From a virus, in IMG/VR virus record IMGVR_UViG_3300032325_000466, positions 32,001 through 96,000 of that record: DNA of 64,000 bases. One strand, given 5' to 3'. The first letter of the stretch is position 1; each line of letters begins with the position of its first letter. The notes beneath the pieces are model-generated. The model saw nothing but the letters and a program-made list of their open reading frames with translations. It searched no databases and was not told the DNA's origin. The position numbers and the translations under genes were made by a program. This document shows positions 5,637-16,800 of the stretch, piece after piece.

Positions 5637-8237
5637 TTAAACTAGTGTCCAACAATCACAGTTGCATCTAATAACTTCGTCAAGTGCTTCTTGGGGTGAA
5701 TAAGTTGAAGGTAATAATGTATTTGAAGTATACAGAGTATTTAGCTCGGGAGGAACTATATTAGTATACTGCGATCCTGCTAAACTTCCTAGTACTATGG
5801 GTTTACCAACGGGTACAGGTGACCCATTTACTATGTAACTTTCATTTACTGGGTTATAATATCCATATGGGCTAAAATTACTAGGTGAATTAGCGATTAA
5901 TATGGATGTATCTTTTCTATTTAAAGTAGCGGGTATAGTGTTATCTATGGGTATTCCTGCTTCGGCTAATCTTGCCTGATTGCGAAATTCACGCATTAGA
6001 GCAACTATACTTTGTCCACCTTGAGTATCCAAATTAGAGATAGCTTCTAGTGTTTGGGCATACATATTTGGTTTAGTATTTAGTGCGTACCCAGATATAC
6101 TATCTACGAAATTAGTTTGAGTGACTGGAGTAGATGCGATTACATCTTCTCTAGGGGTAGGTAATGGGGGTTGTAGCCCTTTTTCTCTAGCTCTTTGTTC
6201 TATTGTTAACTGTGTACCAGTGGCATTCCAAGCATCATTTAGTGCGGTAGCTCGCTCTAGGCTAGTAGCAAAAATTCTTGCTATCTCAGCGTTGGCCTGA
6301 TCTATTAAATTTTGTACGGTGGTATTCATACTAGGCCAGCCAGAGCCCGGGGGAGGATCAATGATTAGTATTGGTTGATCGATTGGTGGTACATCATTAT
6401 TCGGACCAGTCGGTGTATAAACTACTGGCACACCCGGACTAGTAAGTTGTAAATCATATACTTTACCGTATGTAGTGGCTATATCTTGTGGATTGGTACT
6501 AATTTTGCAAGTTGCAGTTGCCCCCGATCCGCCGGTAATAGATACTGATGGTACCGACCCATATCCGCCACCGCCATTTGTTAGCGACACTCCAGTAATT
6601 TGATAATACCAAATACCAGCTGCTTCATATGTAGAGTATGATACTGTTCCTGTAGCGTTAGCCCAAGACGCCGCCAAATACAAGTCAAGATAAATTCTAC
6701 TTAGAGTATCTGTACCCAGTGCTAAGAGTTGTTCTTCAATTATACCAAATAATTTATTATAGGGTGTACCTGACATGCTACCAAAAAAGTCACCCATTGT
6801 ATAAGTACCTTGTGGGCCACTACCCAGTGCTAATAGTGCTTTACCTTGAGCTTGTAATTCTGCATTAGTAGGGATATCAGTACCATTAATATTCAGTCCC
6901 CTAATAGTTTCTAAGTTTGTAACCAGTTGAGCAAACTTTTCTATAGGTACATTTACAATATTTTTTATCTGTCCCATAGATGCTGCAAATGCTCCCGCTG
7001 CGATAGCGACATCAGTTGGTAAAATACCAAATACATACGCACCTAATCCTTCTTTTAATGTTTGCACATTAATAGTACCCAGTGCGTTATTTTCAGTAGA
7101 AGTAGGAATAAAAGAAGTAGTATTAGCAAACTGGCTAGTAACTGCAGGTGAAGTTAAGCGCATATTAATGCCGCCATTTTCATATATTGGATAATAAGTT
7201 TTGCTATTAGTTATTTGAGATGAAGCATTGTAAACGGGTACAGTTAGAGTTTGATAACTACTGGGAAACATTTTTTTAATATTTAACAAGTCTACTAGTG
7301 ATTCTAGTCCTTGTGTATTACAATTCAGGGGTATCAATACACTCTGTAAGTCATTGGCTAAAATAACACTAAAAGCCCCATATAGTTTGCGCTCTTGGTC
7401 GATTGTAGGCGGGGCGGCATTATTTAACAGTGAACTAAATTCAGACACAGTTATGCCACTAGATAATATAGCCAAGCTTACTGCTTTTGTTATACCGTTG
7501 TTTAATTTTAAAGTATCTAATAAATTAGAAGGTAAGCCAAAAGAGTTTATATAAGTTAAATCTAAAGCTTTACCTAAATTGATTAAATCTTGTCCAAACT
7601 GTATAGTAGCCAAACTGACTCCGGTAACATCACCTGTTATCATATCGTTCATGTTACTATAAGTTCCCTGCATGAACTTAGCAGCATTATCAACTGAAGT
7701 GATAGTGGGATTAGTATAATCAATAAACCCTGATACTGTACCAAATGATGCTAAGAAGTCAGAATAGTTAGGCAGGGTATTGTTATAATTGAATTCATTA
7801 TATGCTTGGTATGCAAACAGTCTAATATAGCCCCAACTGGTAGCTTCATTGCCTGCGGTATATTGTGCGCCTCCCCAACCTCTGGGTGCAGAAGTAAGAC
7901 CTATACCATATGGTCCAGGTGCTTGATCCCAAGTAAAAGTTGGTGCTCGTGCATTGCCTAGTGCTGGTATACTAGTGCTACCTATTGAGATTAAGTTATT
8001 GTATACTTCATCGGTAAGGTTCTTGGTTGGAGTATTGTTAAGATAGCCTGCCCTGATAGCGTATGTTAATGCTTTTAGAACGGTGTTGTTACATATAGAA
8101 CCCAGTGTGTATTGAGCTAAACTAGTACTGCTACCCATATAGCCAGTAGCTACTGAATTAATATTCAATCCAGTATTGGTAAGTAATGAGCCTAAGACAT
8201 TGACTCCCAGTGGACTTTGCGTAGCTGTAGTAGTCAT
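5637..8237 (-). CDS. large virion structural protein (866 aa)
   Basis: Thr/Asn/Gly-rich; contains the GGGGYGSVPSVSITGG motif typical of myovirus tail/baseplate proteins; ATGA overlap with the PAAR gene. Confidence 0.65.
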   Translation of the reverse strand: MTTTATQSPLGVNVLGSLLTNTGLNINSVATGYMGSSTSLAQYTLGSICNNTVLKALTYAIRAGYLNNTPTKNLTDEVYNNLISIGSTSIPALGNARAPTFTWDQAPGPYGIGLTSAPRGWGGAQYTAGNEATSWGYIRLFAYQAYNEFNYNNTLPNYSDFLASFGTVSGFIDYTNPTITSVDNAAKFMQGTYSNMNDMITGDVTGVSLATIQFGQDLINLGKALDLTYINSFGLPSNLLDTLKLNNGITKAVSLAILSSGITVSEFSSLLNNAAPPTIDQERKLYGAFSVILANDLQSVLIPLNCNTQGLESLVDLLNIKKMFPSSYQTLTVPVYNASSQITNSKTYYPIYENGGINMRLTSPAVTSQFANTTSFIPTSTENNALGTINVQTLKEGLGAYVFGILPTDVAIAAGAFAASMGQIKNIVNVPIEKFAQLVTNLETIRGLNINGTDIPTNAELQAQGKALLALGSGPQGTYTMGDFFGSMSGTPYNKLFGIIEEQLLALGTDTLSRIYLDLYLAASWANATGTVSYSTYEAAGIWYYQITGVSLTNGGGGYGSVPSVSITGGSGATATCKISTNPQDIATTYGKVYDLQLTSPGVPVVYTPTGPNNDVPPIDQPILIIDPPPGSGWPSMNTTVQNLIDQANAEIARIFATSLERATALNDAWNATGTQLTIEQRAREKGLQPPLPTPREDVIASTPVTQTNFVDSISGYALNTKPNMYAQTLEAISNLDTQGGQSIVALMREFRNQARLAEAGIPIDNTIPATLNRKDTSILIANSPSNFSPYGYYNPVNESYIVNGSPVPVGKPIVLGSLAGSQYTNIVPPELNTLYTSNTLLPSTYSPQEALDEVIRCNCDCWTLV

Positions 8238-8515
8238 GGAACAAATACATCAGGTGAACCCTCAACGATACTATGACCGCAAGAATTCCCTGATCCTACT
8301 TTAAGTACAGGTTTCCCATCTGCAAAAACAGTAGAGCTACCACTAGTAGTTTTAGCATTAGTATGCCTTTTGTTCTTCTTATTATTAGGTGGGTGAGGGG
8401 TGATAGAACTTTCATGTATGCCAACTGGTTTACCATTGGCAAGCACGGTGCTAGCACCTTTCATAATCTTTCCGCCTGCTTGATTAGCGTCACCCACTCT
8501 ACTTAGTTTTGGCAT
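8234..8515 (-). CDS. PAAR-like tail spike tip protein (T4 gp5.4-like)
   Basis: LSRVGD...TVLANGKPV...HPP...H...GSSTVFADGKPVLKVGS...CGH..VEGSPDVF. Confidence 0.92.
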   Translation of the reverse strand: MPKLSRVGDANQAGGKIMKGASTVLANGKPVGIHESSITPHPPNNKKNKRHTNAKTTSGSSTVFADGKPVLKVGSGNSCGHSIVEGSPDVFVP

Positions 8516-8517
8516 TC

Positions 8518-8823
8518 TTATCCTATGATCAATTTTTTGCTTGGTACTGTAATGCCCGAAGTTGCTTCTAAATATTTAGCTTTTACATTTTCTTCGGTTA
8601 GTGCAAAAATAGCAATACTCAGAGTATTTAGCTTAATTGTAGAGTCAGGATTTGCAGTAAACAAGCTGGGAACTAGTCCCATACCCTGTGGTCCTGGTGC
8701 TACACTGACTGGATTAGAGATGTTGACATAACCATCGCCCGACGCACTTGGTTTTATTTTAGCAATTAACTCTTCCCCTGAATTTAATTTTATAGTGTAT
8801 ACTTCGTTTACTGTAAATAGCAT
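8518..8823 (-). CDS. conserved-type T4-like hypothetical protein (possible Sm-like fold)
   Basis: TIKLNSGEELIAKI N-terminus and C-terminal 'YLEATSGITVP', a pattern typical of small T4-like phage proteins. Confidence 0.65.
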   Translation of the reverse strand: MLFTVNEVYTIKLNSGEELIAKIKPSASGDGYVNISNPVSVAPGPQGMGLVPSLFTANPDSTIKLNTLSIAIFALTEENVKAKYLEATSGITVPSKKLIIG

Positions 8824-8824
8824 A

Positions 8825-9052
8825 TTATTCCTTTGTTAGTTTTTGTTTAAGTTCGGTGTATCCTCCCACATACTCTTCACCCATGAAGATTTGTGGTACT
8901 GTGCGAGCCGATGGTACTGCTTCTAATAATTGTTCTTTTGTCCAATCTATTCCAATGTTTCTTTCTTCATACTCAATGCCCTTATTTTTCAATAAAGCCT
9001 TTGCTTGATCGCAATTAGGGCAATTGGGTTTAGTCCATACTATAAATTTCAT
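8825..9052 (-). CDS. grxC: glutaredoxin
   Basis: CPNC active site, TVPQIF, VGGYTEL; follows nrdB. Confidence 0.92.
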   Translation of the reverse strand: MKFIVWTKPNCPNCDQAKALLKNKGIEYEERNIGIDWTKEQLLEAVPSARTVPQIFMGEEYVGGYTELKQKLTKE

Positions 9053-9069
9053 ACTTAGTCGTCTCCCGA

Positions 9070-10170
9070 TTATAACTGAGGCAAGTCATCATAGTTAATG
9101 TCTCCACCTAAAACTCCTATTACATAATTTGTGCTTTCTGTTTCTTGTAGAGCGGCTTGTTTGTTAGAAGTATTGGAATGCTTGTTAAACCATGGTATAG
9201 GAGTAGACTTTGGTGCCGGGCTATTATATCGTATACCAATTTCTTTAAGTGCTGCCACTGCTGTATAATCAACGAAGTCTTTTAATACAACTGCGTTTAA
9301 ACCAATAACCGGGCCCTTTTTAAACAGATAATCTGCCCAAGCTTTTTCTTCTCTAATCACATCCATATAAAGCGCATATACATCAGCTTCGCATTCTTGT
9401 TTAGCTTTGGCAAACCTAGCATCTTCTTTTACTACTTGGTTGATCATCCAAGCTGTCCACTCTTTATGTAGTAACTCATCTTGCAGAATTAAACTAATGA
9501 TGTTACCATTGCCAATAAAGATTTTATTCTCTACCATTGCTAAACTTGTAGCAAAACTAACCATAAATCTAAAGGCTTCTAGCGCATAACTAGCATGTAA
9601 TGCCATCCAAACTGCACGAATATGCACTTCTTCAGGTACTGATTCTCCTAACTCTTTTGCACAGTTGATAAGATGTAGTTCATCATAATACTTGCCCACA
9701 GAGCTTGCCATATTAACGATTTCTTCTGTATCGTGAATTGAATTAAAGATTTCTTTTGGCACATTATAAATGTTGCGAATAATGTGGCTATAGCTGCGAC
9801 TGTGTATATTTGTTTCAAAGAATGACCAATTATACATGAGTGCTTCTAATTCAGGTAAGCTAATACAGGGAGTAAAAACTTGTGCTGGGCCTCGACCTTG
9901 TAAACTATCTAGTGCAGTTTGTCTTAGTAAATTGCTAGTAAAAATATGTTTGACTGCATCACTAGAATCTTTAAAGTCATTGGCATCTTTGGTCAAAGAG
10001 ATTTCTTCAGGAATCCAAAAGAATCCCCTTGCTGTTTGTTCTATTTTTTGTATCTTAGCATACTTTACTTCTTCAAATCTCTGAACAGTAACTGGCCCCG
10101 CTGGGTCAAGAAACATCTTTCTGTTCAGGTAATCTGTCTTTGTCTGTAGGTTGTATTGTAGTTTGGACAT
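9070..10170 (-). CDS. nrdB: class Ia ribonucleotide reductase beta subunit
   Basis: FFWIPEEISL, RQTALDSLQ, ETNIHSRSY, LEAFRF, DELLH iron-ligand motifs; C-terminal QETE..NY. Confidence 0.97.
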   Translation of the reverse strand: MSKLQYNLQTKTDYLNRKMFLDPAGPVTVQRFEEVKYAKIQKIEQTARGFFWIPEEISLTKDANDFKDSSDAVKHIFTSNLLRQTALDSLQGRGPAQVFTPCISLPELEALMYNWSFFETNIHSRSYSHIIRNIYNVPKEIFNSIHDTEEIVNMASSVGKYYDELHLINCAKELGESVPEEVHIRAVWMALHASYALEAFRFMVSFATSLAMVENKIFIGNGNIISLILQDELLHKEWTAWMINQVVKEDARFAKAKQECEADVYALYMDVIREEKAWADYLFKKGPVIGLNAVVLKDFVDYTAVAALKEIGIRYNSPAPKSTPIPWFNKHSNTSNKQAALQETESTNYVIGVLGGDINYDDLPQL

Positions 10171-10291
10171 TTTTTTTCTCGTAAATTTTTTTAACTTTTG
10201 CAGCTAAGGTAGCATATTCTTCGTCTGATAACCAATGTGAGCTATCACAAAAAGGTGGTCTAAAGGTTCTACCGCAAGTGCATTTGCTCAT
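10106..10291 (-). CDS. CDGSH-type [2Fe-2S] domain protein (61 aa)
   Basis: CTCGRTFRPPFCDSSH matches C-x-C-x2-(S/T)-x3-P-x-C-D-(G)-S-H. Start set at MSKC (10291); 65-nt overlap with nrdB. Confidence 0.8.
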   Translation of the reverse strand: MSKCTCGRTFRPPFCDSSHWLSDEEYATLAAKVKKIYEKKNVQTTIQPTDKDRLPEQKDVS

Positions 10292-10296
10292 ACCAA

Positions 10297-10941
10297 TTAG
10301 TATTTTCCTGATGCCAGTACTATTTTGCAAACATGTTCGAGGCGTTCTATGTGTTCATATGCACGCCAAGGGCTAGTATCTATAGAAACAATACCATGAC
10401 CCTTGATGCCTACTATATCATACAGCATATTTCCACTAGAGTCAAGCCCTAGCTGTTCATGGCAGTTGGTACCCAATTCTTCAGAGATTGGTGCTACTAC
10501 TCCAACACTTGGTGCTACTCGGGTATAGCGACTTAGTTCTGGGAAGTCTTTAACTAGTTCATCTAATTTTATACCCGCATGCATAGCAGCAACAATATAA
10601 GTTGGATGCAGATGAACTACTACCCTTATATCATGCTCGCCCATTTCTTTTTGTAGTCCAAAATGCAGTGGCAATTCACCACTGGGCTTTAAGTTTTTAC
10701 TGATATCGGTGTAGGGTTCATCAGTCCAATGGTAGTTGAAGCCATTGGGACCAGATAGTATAGCCCGCTCGATACCAATTTTTTTAAATTGGTCAGGTTG
10801 TAGAGTTTGTTTTCTAACACCACTGGGAGTAATGTAAAAATAATCATGAGCGCGATCACGCATACTGATATTACCGTCACGACTAGTAATCCAATTTCTA
10901 CTGTAAGCATCTACTAATATTTCGCAAATAGTTTCTAACAT
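10297..10941 (-). CDS. class II aldolase/adducin family protein (FucA/MtnB-like)
   Basis: DGNISMR, ITPSG, PSGELPLH, VVHLHP and GHG metal-binding motifs. Confidence 0.9.
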   Translation of the reverse strand: MLETICEILVDAYSRNWITSRDGNISMRDRAHDYFYITPSGVRKQTLQPDQFKKIGIERAILSGPNGFNYHWTDEPYTDISKNLKPSGELPLHFGLQKEMGEHDIRVVVHLHPTYIVAAMHAGIKLDELVKDFPELSRYTRVAPSVGVVAPISEELGTNCHEQLGLDSSGNMLYDIVGIKGHGIVSIDTSPWRAYEHIERLEHVCKIVLASGKY

Positions 10942-10980
10942 TATTGAGTCCTTAAAATAGTTATCATAACTTACAAGTAT

Positions 10981-13299
10981 CTACAATTTACAACTTTCAC
11001 AATTTTCTTCGTCATCAAAATCTGTTGAATCTAACATTGTCGGTGCCTCTTCTGCTACTTGTTTACTACCAGCTTTATTGATTAAACTATAATAAAAAGT
11101 TTTTAGTCCCCATACATGCGCTTGCATTAAGTTTTTAGCAATTAATGTAGTGGGAACTTTACGATCAGCAAAATGAGCAGGGTTATAAAATGTATTAGTA
11201 CTTATACTTTGATCGATGTATGCTGCTAAAACTGCCGCTGTTTTTAGATATGCGTCACAATCACGCTGTTCCCACATTAGCTGATATTTATTTTTTAGCT
11301 TATGGTATTCTGGTACAACTTGAGTAAAGCTACCTGCTTTACTTTCTTTAACGCTAATTAAACTCATGGGCATTTCAATACCATTAGTGCTATTAATCAC
11401 TACACTAGAACTTTCAACTGGGGCGATAGCACCGTTAGTAGCATTACGCACACCTGATATTATCATGCGGCCGCGTAGAGGTTCCCAGTCTAGTTCTGGG
11501 GTAAAATCAGCAAGTTCATTAACGCCCTTTGCTCTAAGTTCCCAAGGGAAAATACCTTTACCATAGCGTGTATGATCGCTGCCTAGACATTTACCACGTT
11601 CTTCAGCAAGTTCTACACTCATTTCAGTTAAGTAAAACGCTTGGTGTTCCATCCAACTTTTAACTTCGGCTAGAGCATCACGCTCACCATACTTAAGTCC
11701 TCGTTTAGCATGCCAATAAGCTAAGTTAGTAATACCAATACCAAGTGGGCGAATTTCATCATTACTTAGTTTAGACTGGACAGAAAGAAAGTCTTGATAG
11801 TCAAGTATGTTATTAAGACTGCGGTGTAGAATACGGCAAGCTCTACGCATATCTTCTGGATTACGGAAAGCTCCCCAATTTATGGACCCAAGTGTGCAGA
11901 GGGCAATACGGCCATTTTCATCATCTAATCGTTTGAAAGACTTAGTGGGTAGTAGTATCTCGCAGCATAAGTTACTTTGATAAATTGTGTGATATTCAGG
12001 GTCGAATGGGCCCTGATTCTGTACATTGTCTACAAATACTAAATAAATTCTTCCTGTATCTGTACGCTCTTTAAGTATGCCACCTTTGAATACTTCTTCG
12101 GCCGAGATTACTTTTTTGCGTAGATTAACTTGCTTTTCATACTTTACATATAGTTCTTCAAAGAGTTGAGTATTCTTATAAAATGCTTCATATAAATCAG
12201 GAACTTCATTTGGGTCGAATAGTGTTATGTTTTCTTTGTTTTTAAATCTGCGCCAGAAGAAAGCACTAAGCACAACCCCATAATCCATATGACGGACACG
12301 AGTTTCTTCTGTTCCTTGATTGTTCTTAAGTACGATAAGATCATCAAACTGATGATGCCAAATAGGATAAAATACAGTAGCACTAGCATTACGAATACCT
12401 CCTTGACTACAACTACGCAAATCACCAAACCATTTCTTTAGAAAAGGTATCATACCAGTGTGCATAATCTCGCCACCCCTGATAGGGCTGCCTAAAGGGC
12501 GCAATCTGCCAATTTCCAAACCAATGCCAGCTCGTTTGCTGGCATACTTGGCCATCATTTCCCCTGAGGCGAAAATACTGTCCAAATCATCATCCGAGCG
12601 AATAAGAACACAACTACTAAACTGTTTTGTAGGTGTACCAAGCCCCGCCAACACTGGCGTAGCAAGTGTGAAAAGACCATCACTGGCCGCTTGGTAGTAT
12701 TCTTTGATGTAGCGCATTCTTGCACTATTGGGTTCTTCTTTGTGAAAGACTGTGGCAGCAGCGACCATATAGCGAACTTGGGGAGTTTCATATATTTCCT
12801 TTGTAGCACGATTACGAACCAAATATTTTTCAATCAACTGCTCAATTGCAGCATAGCTATATGTTTCATCTTTGGTATGGTCGATGATTGTGTCCATTTT
12901 GTTCCAATCATCTTCGGTATACCATTGTAGTAGTTCAGGGGTATAAAGACCAACTTCAACATTCTTTTTAACAATTTGATATAATGTGGGTGGATCATAT
13001 GATCCATATACATCTTTTCTTAAGATACTAACTCTAAGTTTCCCTGCAACATACTGATAGTTTGTGTGTCCAATATCTGTGTGTGACTCTACGTCGATAA
13101 GATCAACGATTGCTCTAAGAGTAATTTCATCAATTTGTTTTGTTGTGATTCCATCATAAAAATGTAGTTGTGATTTGATTTCAATCATTGATGGACTAAC
13201 ATCTGCTATTCCACTACATACTTTTGCTACTTGATTTTGCCATTTTTCTAGAGTGAGTGGTTCCCTGTCTCCGTTTCTTTTAACAACAGATATTTTCAT
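10981..13299 (-). CDS. nrdA: class Ia ribonucleotide reductase alpha subunit with ATP cone
   Basis: VVKRNG ATP cone, FSSCVL, QSNLCCEI, GIEMP, KTFYY, C-terminal CESC. Confidence 0.97.
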   Translation of the reverse strand: MKISVVKRNGDREPLTLEKWQNQVAKVCSGIADVSPSMIEIKSQLHFYDGITTKQIDEITLRAIVDLIDVESHTDIGHTNYQYVAGKLRVSILRKDVYGSYDPPTLYQIVKKNVEVGLYTPELLQWYTEDDWNKMDTIIDHTKDETYSYAAIEQLIEKYLVRNRATKEIYETPQVRYMVAAATVFHKEEPNSARMRYIKEYYQAASDGLFTLATPVLAGLGTPTKQFSSCVLIRSDDDLDSIFASGEMMAKYASKRAGIGLEIGRLRPLGSPIRGGEIMHTGMIPFLKKWFGDLRSCSQGGIRNASATVFYPIWHHQFDDLIVLKNNQGTEETRVRHMDYGVVLSAFFWRRFKNKENITLFDPNEVPDLYEAFYKNTQLFEELYVKYEKQVNLRKKVISAEEVFKGGILKERTDTGRIYLVFVDNVQNQGPFDPEYHTIYQSNLCCEILLPTKSFKRLDDENGRIALCTLGSINWGAFRNPEDMRRACRILHRSLNNILDYQDFLSVQSKLSNDEIRPLGIGITNLAYWHAKRGLKYGERDALAEVKSWMEHQAFYLTEMSVELAEERGKCLGSDHTRYGKGIFPWELRAKGVNELADFTPELDWEPLRGRMIISGVRNATNGAIAPVESSSVVINSTNGIEMPMSLISVKESKAGSFTQVVPEYHKLKNKYQLMWEQRDCDAYLKTAAVLAAYIDQSISTNTFYNPAHFADRKVPTTLIAKNLMQAHVWGLKTFYYSLINKAGSKQVAEEAPTMLDSTDFDDEENCESCKL

Positions 13300-13306
13300 A
13301 TATAAC

Positions 13307-13744
13307 CTATTTTAATTTTTTCTTTAGTTCTTGTACTGGTAGTTTTGCAGTAATCGTAAAATCTTTTAATGATGTACTTATAACCGACTGGGGCCAATAA
13401 TTCATAACATATTTAGCGCGGTCGACCAGGACTAATGTAACATCTTCGTCATTATCGTCTTTTCCTTGGCAAAAGTCAACATCATCTACGCCCAATAATA
13501 ATAGTGTATAGCACATGCCCAAACCACGAGCTATGGTGCAGTAGTTATTATCATAGATTAAATCCCAAGGTCCTGGCCAGTTTGCAGTATCTTTTGGGTG
13601 AAGGTAGTGATTGACTAGTGGTGCATATTGCCACCATCGATCAATCTCTATACATTTGGTTTTGGTGTCCGAACTTTCTAGTTTTTTTCTAAGTTCGTAC
13701 CATTCTCTAAGTCTAGTTTCGTAACCTAATTGGAATATATTCAT
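13307..13744 (-). CDS. hypothetical protein, possibly transglutaminase-like cysteine peptidase fold
   Basis: WPGPWDLIYDNNYCTIARGLGMCYTL resembles the W-x-T-P-x-E...GDC-x-D-x-A core of BTLCP proteins; late box GATAAGTA upstream. Confidence 0.5.
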   Translation of the reverse strand: MNIFQLGYETRLREWYELRKKLESSDTKTKCIEIDRWWQYAPLVNHYLHPKDTANWPGPWDLIYDNNYCTIARGLGMCYTLLLLGVDDVDFCQGKDDNDEDVTLVLVDRAKYVMNYWPQSVISTSLKDFTITAKLPVQELKKKLK

Positions 13745-13800
13745 CACTGTATACTTATCTAAAATAAAAAAGTTATTTTAAAAAATACACAGTGATTATA

Positions 13801-16800
13801 TTAAGAGTTTTTTAAGTTGTTGACTTCAGCTTGTAATTGTGTAACTAGGGCAGTTAATTCCTTAACTGATGCTACCAAAGTAGCGACTACAAGTGATGTA
13901 TCAACCCCTTGATAGCGCGGATTACCTTCTTCATCAACGGCATCTTTTGTTCCTGATACAGCATCTGGAATAACTGCTTGTAACTCATGAGCAATAAAGC
14001 CTTGCCCCGATGATCCGTCGCTTTTCCATGTATAAGTAACTGGATTAAGCGACAATATTTTTGCAAGGGCGCCAGTCATAGGCTGAGCATTTTCTTTTAG
14101 GCGATAATCAGACACTGAGCCGTAGGTTGTAACGGATCCGTTCGTATTAATAAAGCCCACTTGTCCATTTGGGTTGTAGAACACGATTTGATTTGTTTCT
14201 GCCGTGGTATTGCGAGAAATAACCTGATATCCGATCCATTTCCACGATACGCTATCATATGCAACGTTCGCTGATGATGAGCCAATTAAGAAATTTCTGT
14301 TAGTATCAAACCGCGCTGCTTCTGCGCCAGTATCCCCAACCGCAAACGTCAAGGGTAGCGATGAGCCAGATCCAGTTCTGCTGCTAACTAACCTTGTGCC
14401 GCCAGCCAATACATCAATAGCAATATACGCGGCGTTTGTCGGATTGGAGTTGTTAAATGCAACCCACCCAGAACTAGTGGCTGTTCCATTTGGAAGTGCC
14501 CATATGCCGGTGTCGGAGTTTGTTGCGCTAGTTTGAAACGCCGTTCTACTTGCTAATGTAACGTTACTAAAATCACCAAAAATTCGCTGACCAGTACCTG
14601 AGAAAGTAGTATTACCTGATATATTTAGAGTGCCAGTTAAATTAGCACCAGTGCTAGTAACTACCAATCTGTTAGCGCCAGTGACTGCAATAGCCACGTT
14701 AGCATTAGCAGTAATAGATACATTACTGTTACCGTTTTGTAATAAACCACTGTTTATAGTAGTGATGTTACCTGTTGTGATAACTGCGGTTGTTGTACCT
14801 AAGTTACCTACGTTAGCGTTACCTGTTGCATTTAGAGTGCCAGCAACATTAATACCAGTACTAGTGATTACTATTTCGTTAGGTGAACCAGCAGCAGAGA
14901 TATTAATATTGCCATTTGCAGCTGGAATACTAATACTACTATTACCGTTTGCAAAAATACCAATTAAATTGCCGCCAGTGATGTTACCTGATACAGATAG
15001 AGAAGTTAGTGTACCAACTGAAGTGATGTTTGGTTGTGCGGCAGTTGTTACCGTACCGGCAGTACCTGCCGTTGCCACATTCAAATTCGCTACTTGAGTA
15101 GTAGAAGTTACAGTGAAAGGTGCTGTACCAGTTGTTACTGTTGAAATTAACCTAGATGATGAGACTATACCAGTAGTGTTTAAATTACCACCACCTATAT
15201 TACCTGTTGCTGTTATTAAGCCGGCAGTGCCTATGTTACCTATGTTGGCGTTACCTGTAGCACTTAGAGTACCAGTTATATTAGTACCAGTACCTGTTAC
15301 TACTAATATGTTTGCATTACCTGCTGAACTGAGATTGATGTTACCATTTACTGCAGGGATGCTTACATTGCTTGTACCATTTGCAAGACTTGTAGCTGTA
15401 GTGATGCCAGTTAGTTGAGAACCATTACCTATAAAGAAGTTACCGGTGATGTTACCTGTTGCGGATAGTGTACCAGCTATGTTAGCACCAGTGCTAGTTA
15501 CTACTAAGACATTAGCAACACCTGCTACCGTAGTAGTTACGTTACCATTTGCAGATACAGAAACATTAGAGTTACCTGATTCTAGTGCCAATCTTCCAGT
15601 ATCATCATTTCTAATAGTAAAGTTATTGGTGCCGGCAGAACCAAACCCCATCCAACCAAATCGGGTCGTATTACCACGCGGATAAAATTGTACATATGCA
15701 TGATCCGTGCCCTCAACATTTATAGATTGACCGTTTTGTTTTACATGTAGTGCAACTGCTGGAGTAGAAGTACCAATACCAAAATTACCTGCTATGTAGT
15801 TATTAGCAGTACCATCCATATATAGATTAAAGCGATTAGCACCAGATGCAATTGAACCACGGAAACCATAGTTATTTGTGGCACCTGTAAGTGTACTATC
15901 AGCTACGAAGCCTGATTGAGTTGTTACTACTGAATTTAAACCAAAAGTACCTTGTACAGCTTGGTTATAAATTAGATTAGTTAGCGTAAAGGTAGCTGCT
16001 TGTGTCTGTCCAACTACACGATTAAGAACTGCACTTGTTGTAACATCAGAGCCAATCGTTCCATCTGACACGAAGTTGAATGCAGTAGTTCCTCCAGTCA
16101 ATGATTTTGAAACTCGCATGTTTATTGCACTTAGGCTAGTGCTTCCAATACCTAAACTTCCTGCCATATAGTTGTTAGCAGTACCAGTCATGTATAAGTT
16201 AAAAGTACTTGCTGCTGATGCTAGTCCACCGTAGAAACCATAATTAGTTGCACCTGTGTTTGCGCTAGCGTCTACATAATACGCAATATGAGCAGTTACA
16301 GTAGTGTTAGCACCAATAGTTCCGCCATATGTTGCGTATCCCACTAAGTTATTAATAGTGTAAGGTGAAGCACCCGCTGCTGTGCTTAATGAAGTTCTGA
16401 CACCCAATGCTGTTGAAGTTACATCTGTTTGTACTGTAGGGTTTATTAATATAGAGCCAGCAGTAGTAGCACCAGTGGTTTGTTTTGCTATTCTTAGTGC
16501 ATAACCAGTAGTACCAGAACTAGAACCAATAGCACCATATCCATTAGCATCAAAGCTTAACATTACTATACCATTAGCTGCTAGTGCTACGCCGTAGTTA
16601 GCAAGTTCAGCTTGAAGCTTAATTATGTTACCATTTTCATATACTTTTCCTACAGTAGTACCAGCATTAGCTAAAAAATATCCTAATAGACTGTTTGCTG
16701 CTGTATAAGAGCTTGCAGTGACCGCACCTGTTACAGATAGTAATCCGCCAGTGATTAAGTTACCGCCAGTGATATTACCAGTTGCTGTTATTAGTCCACC

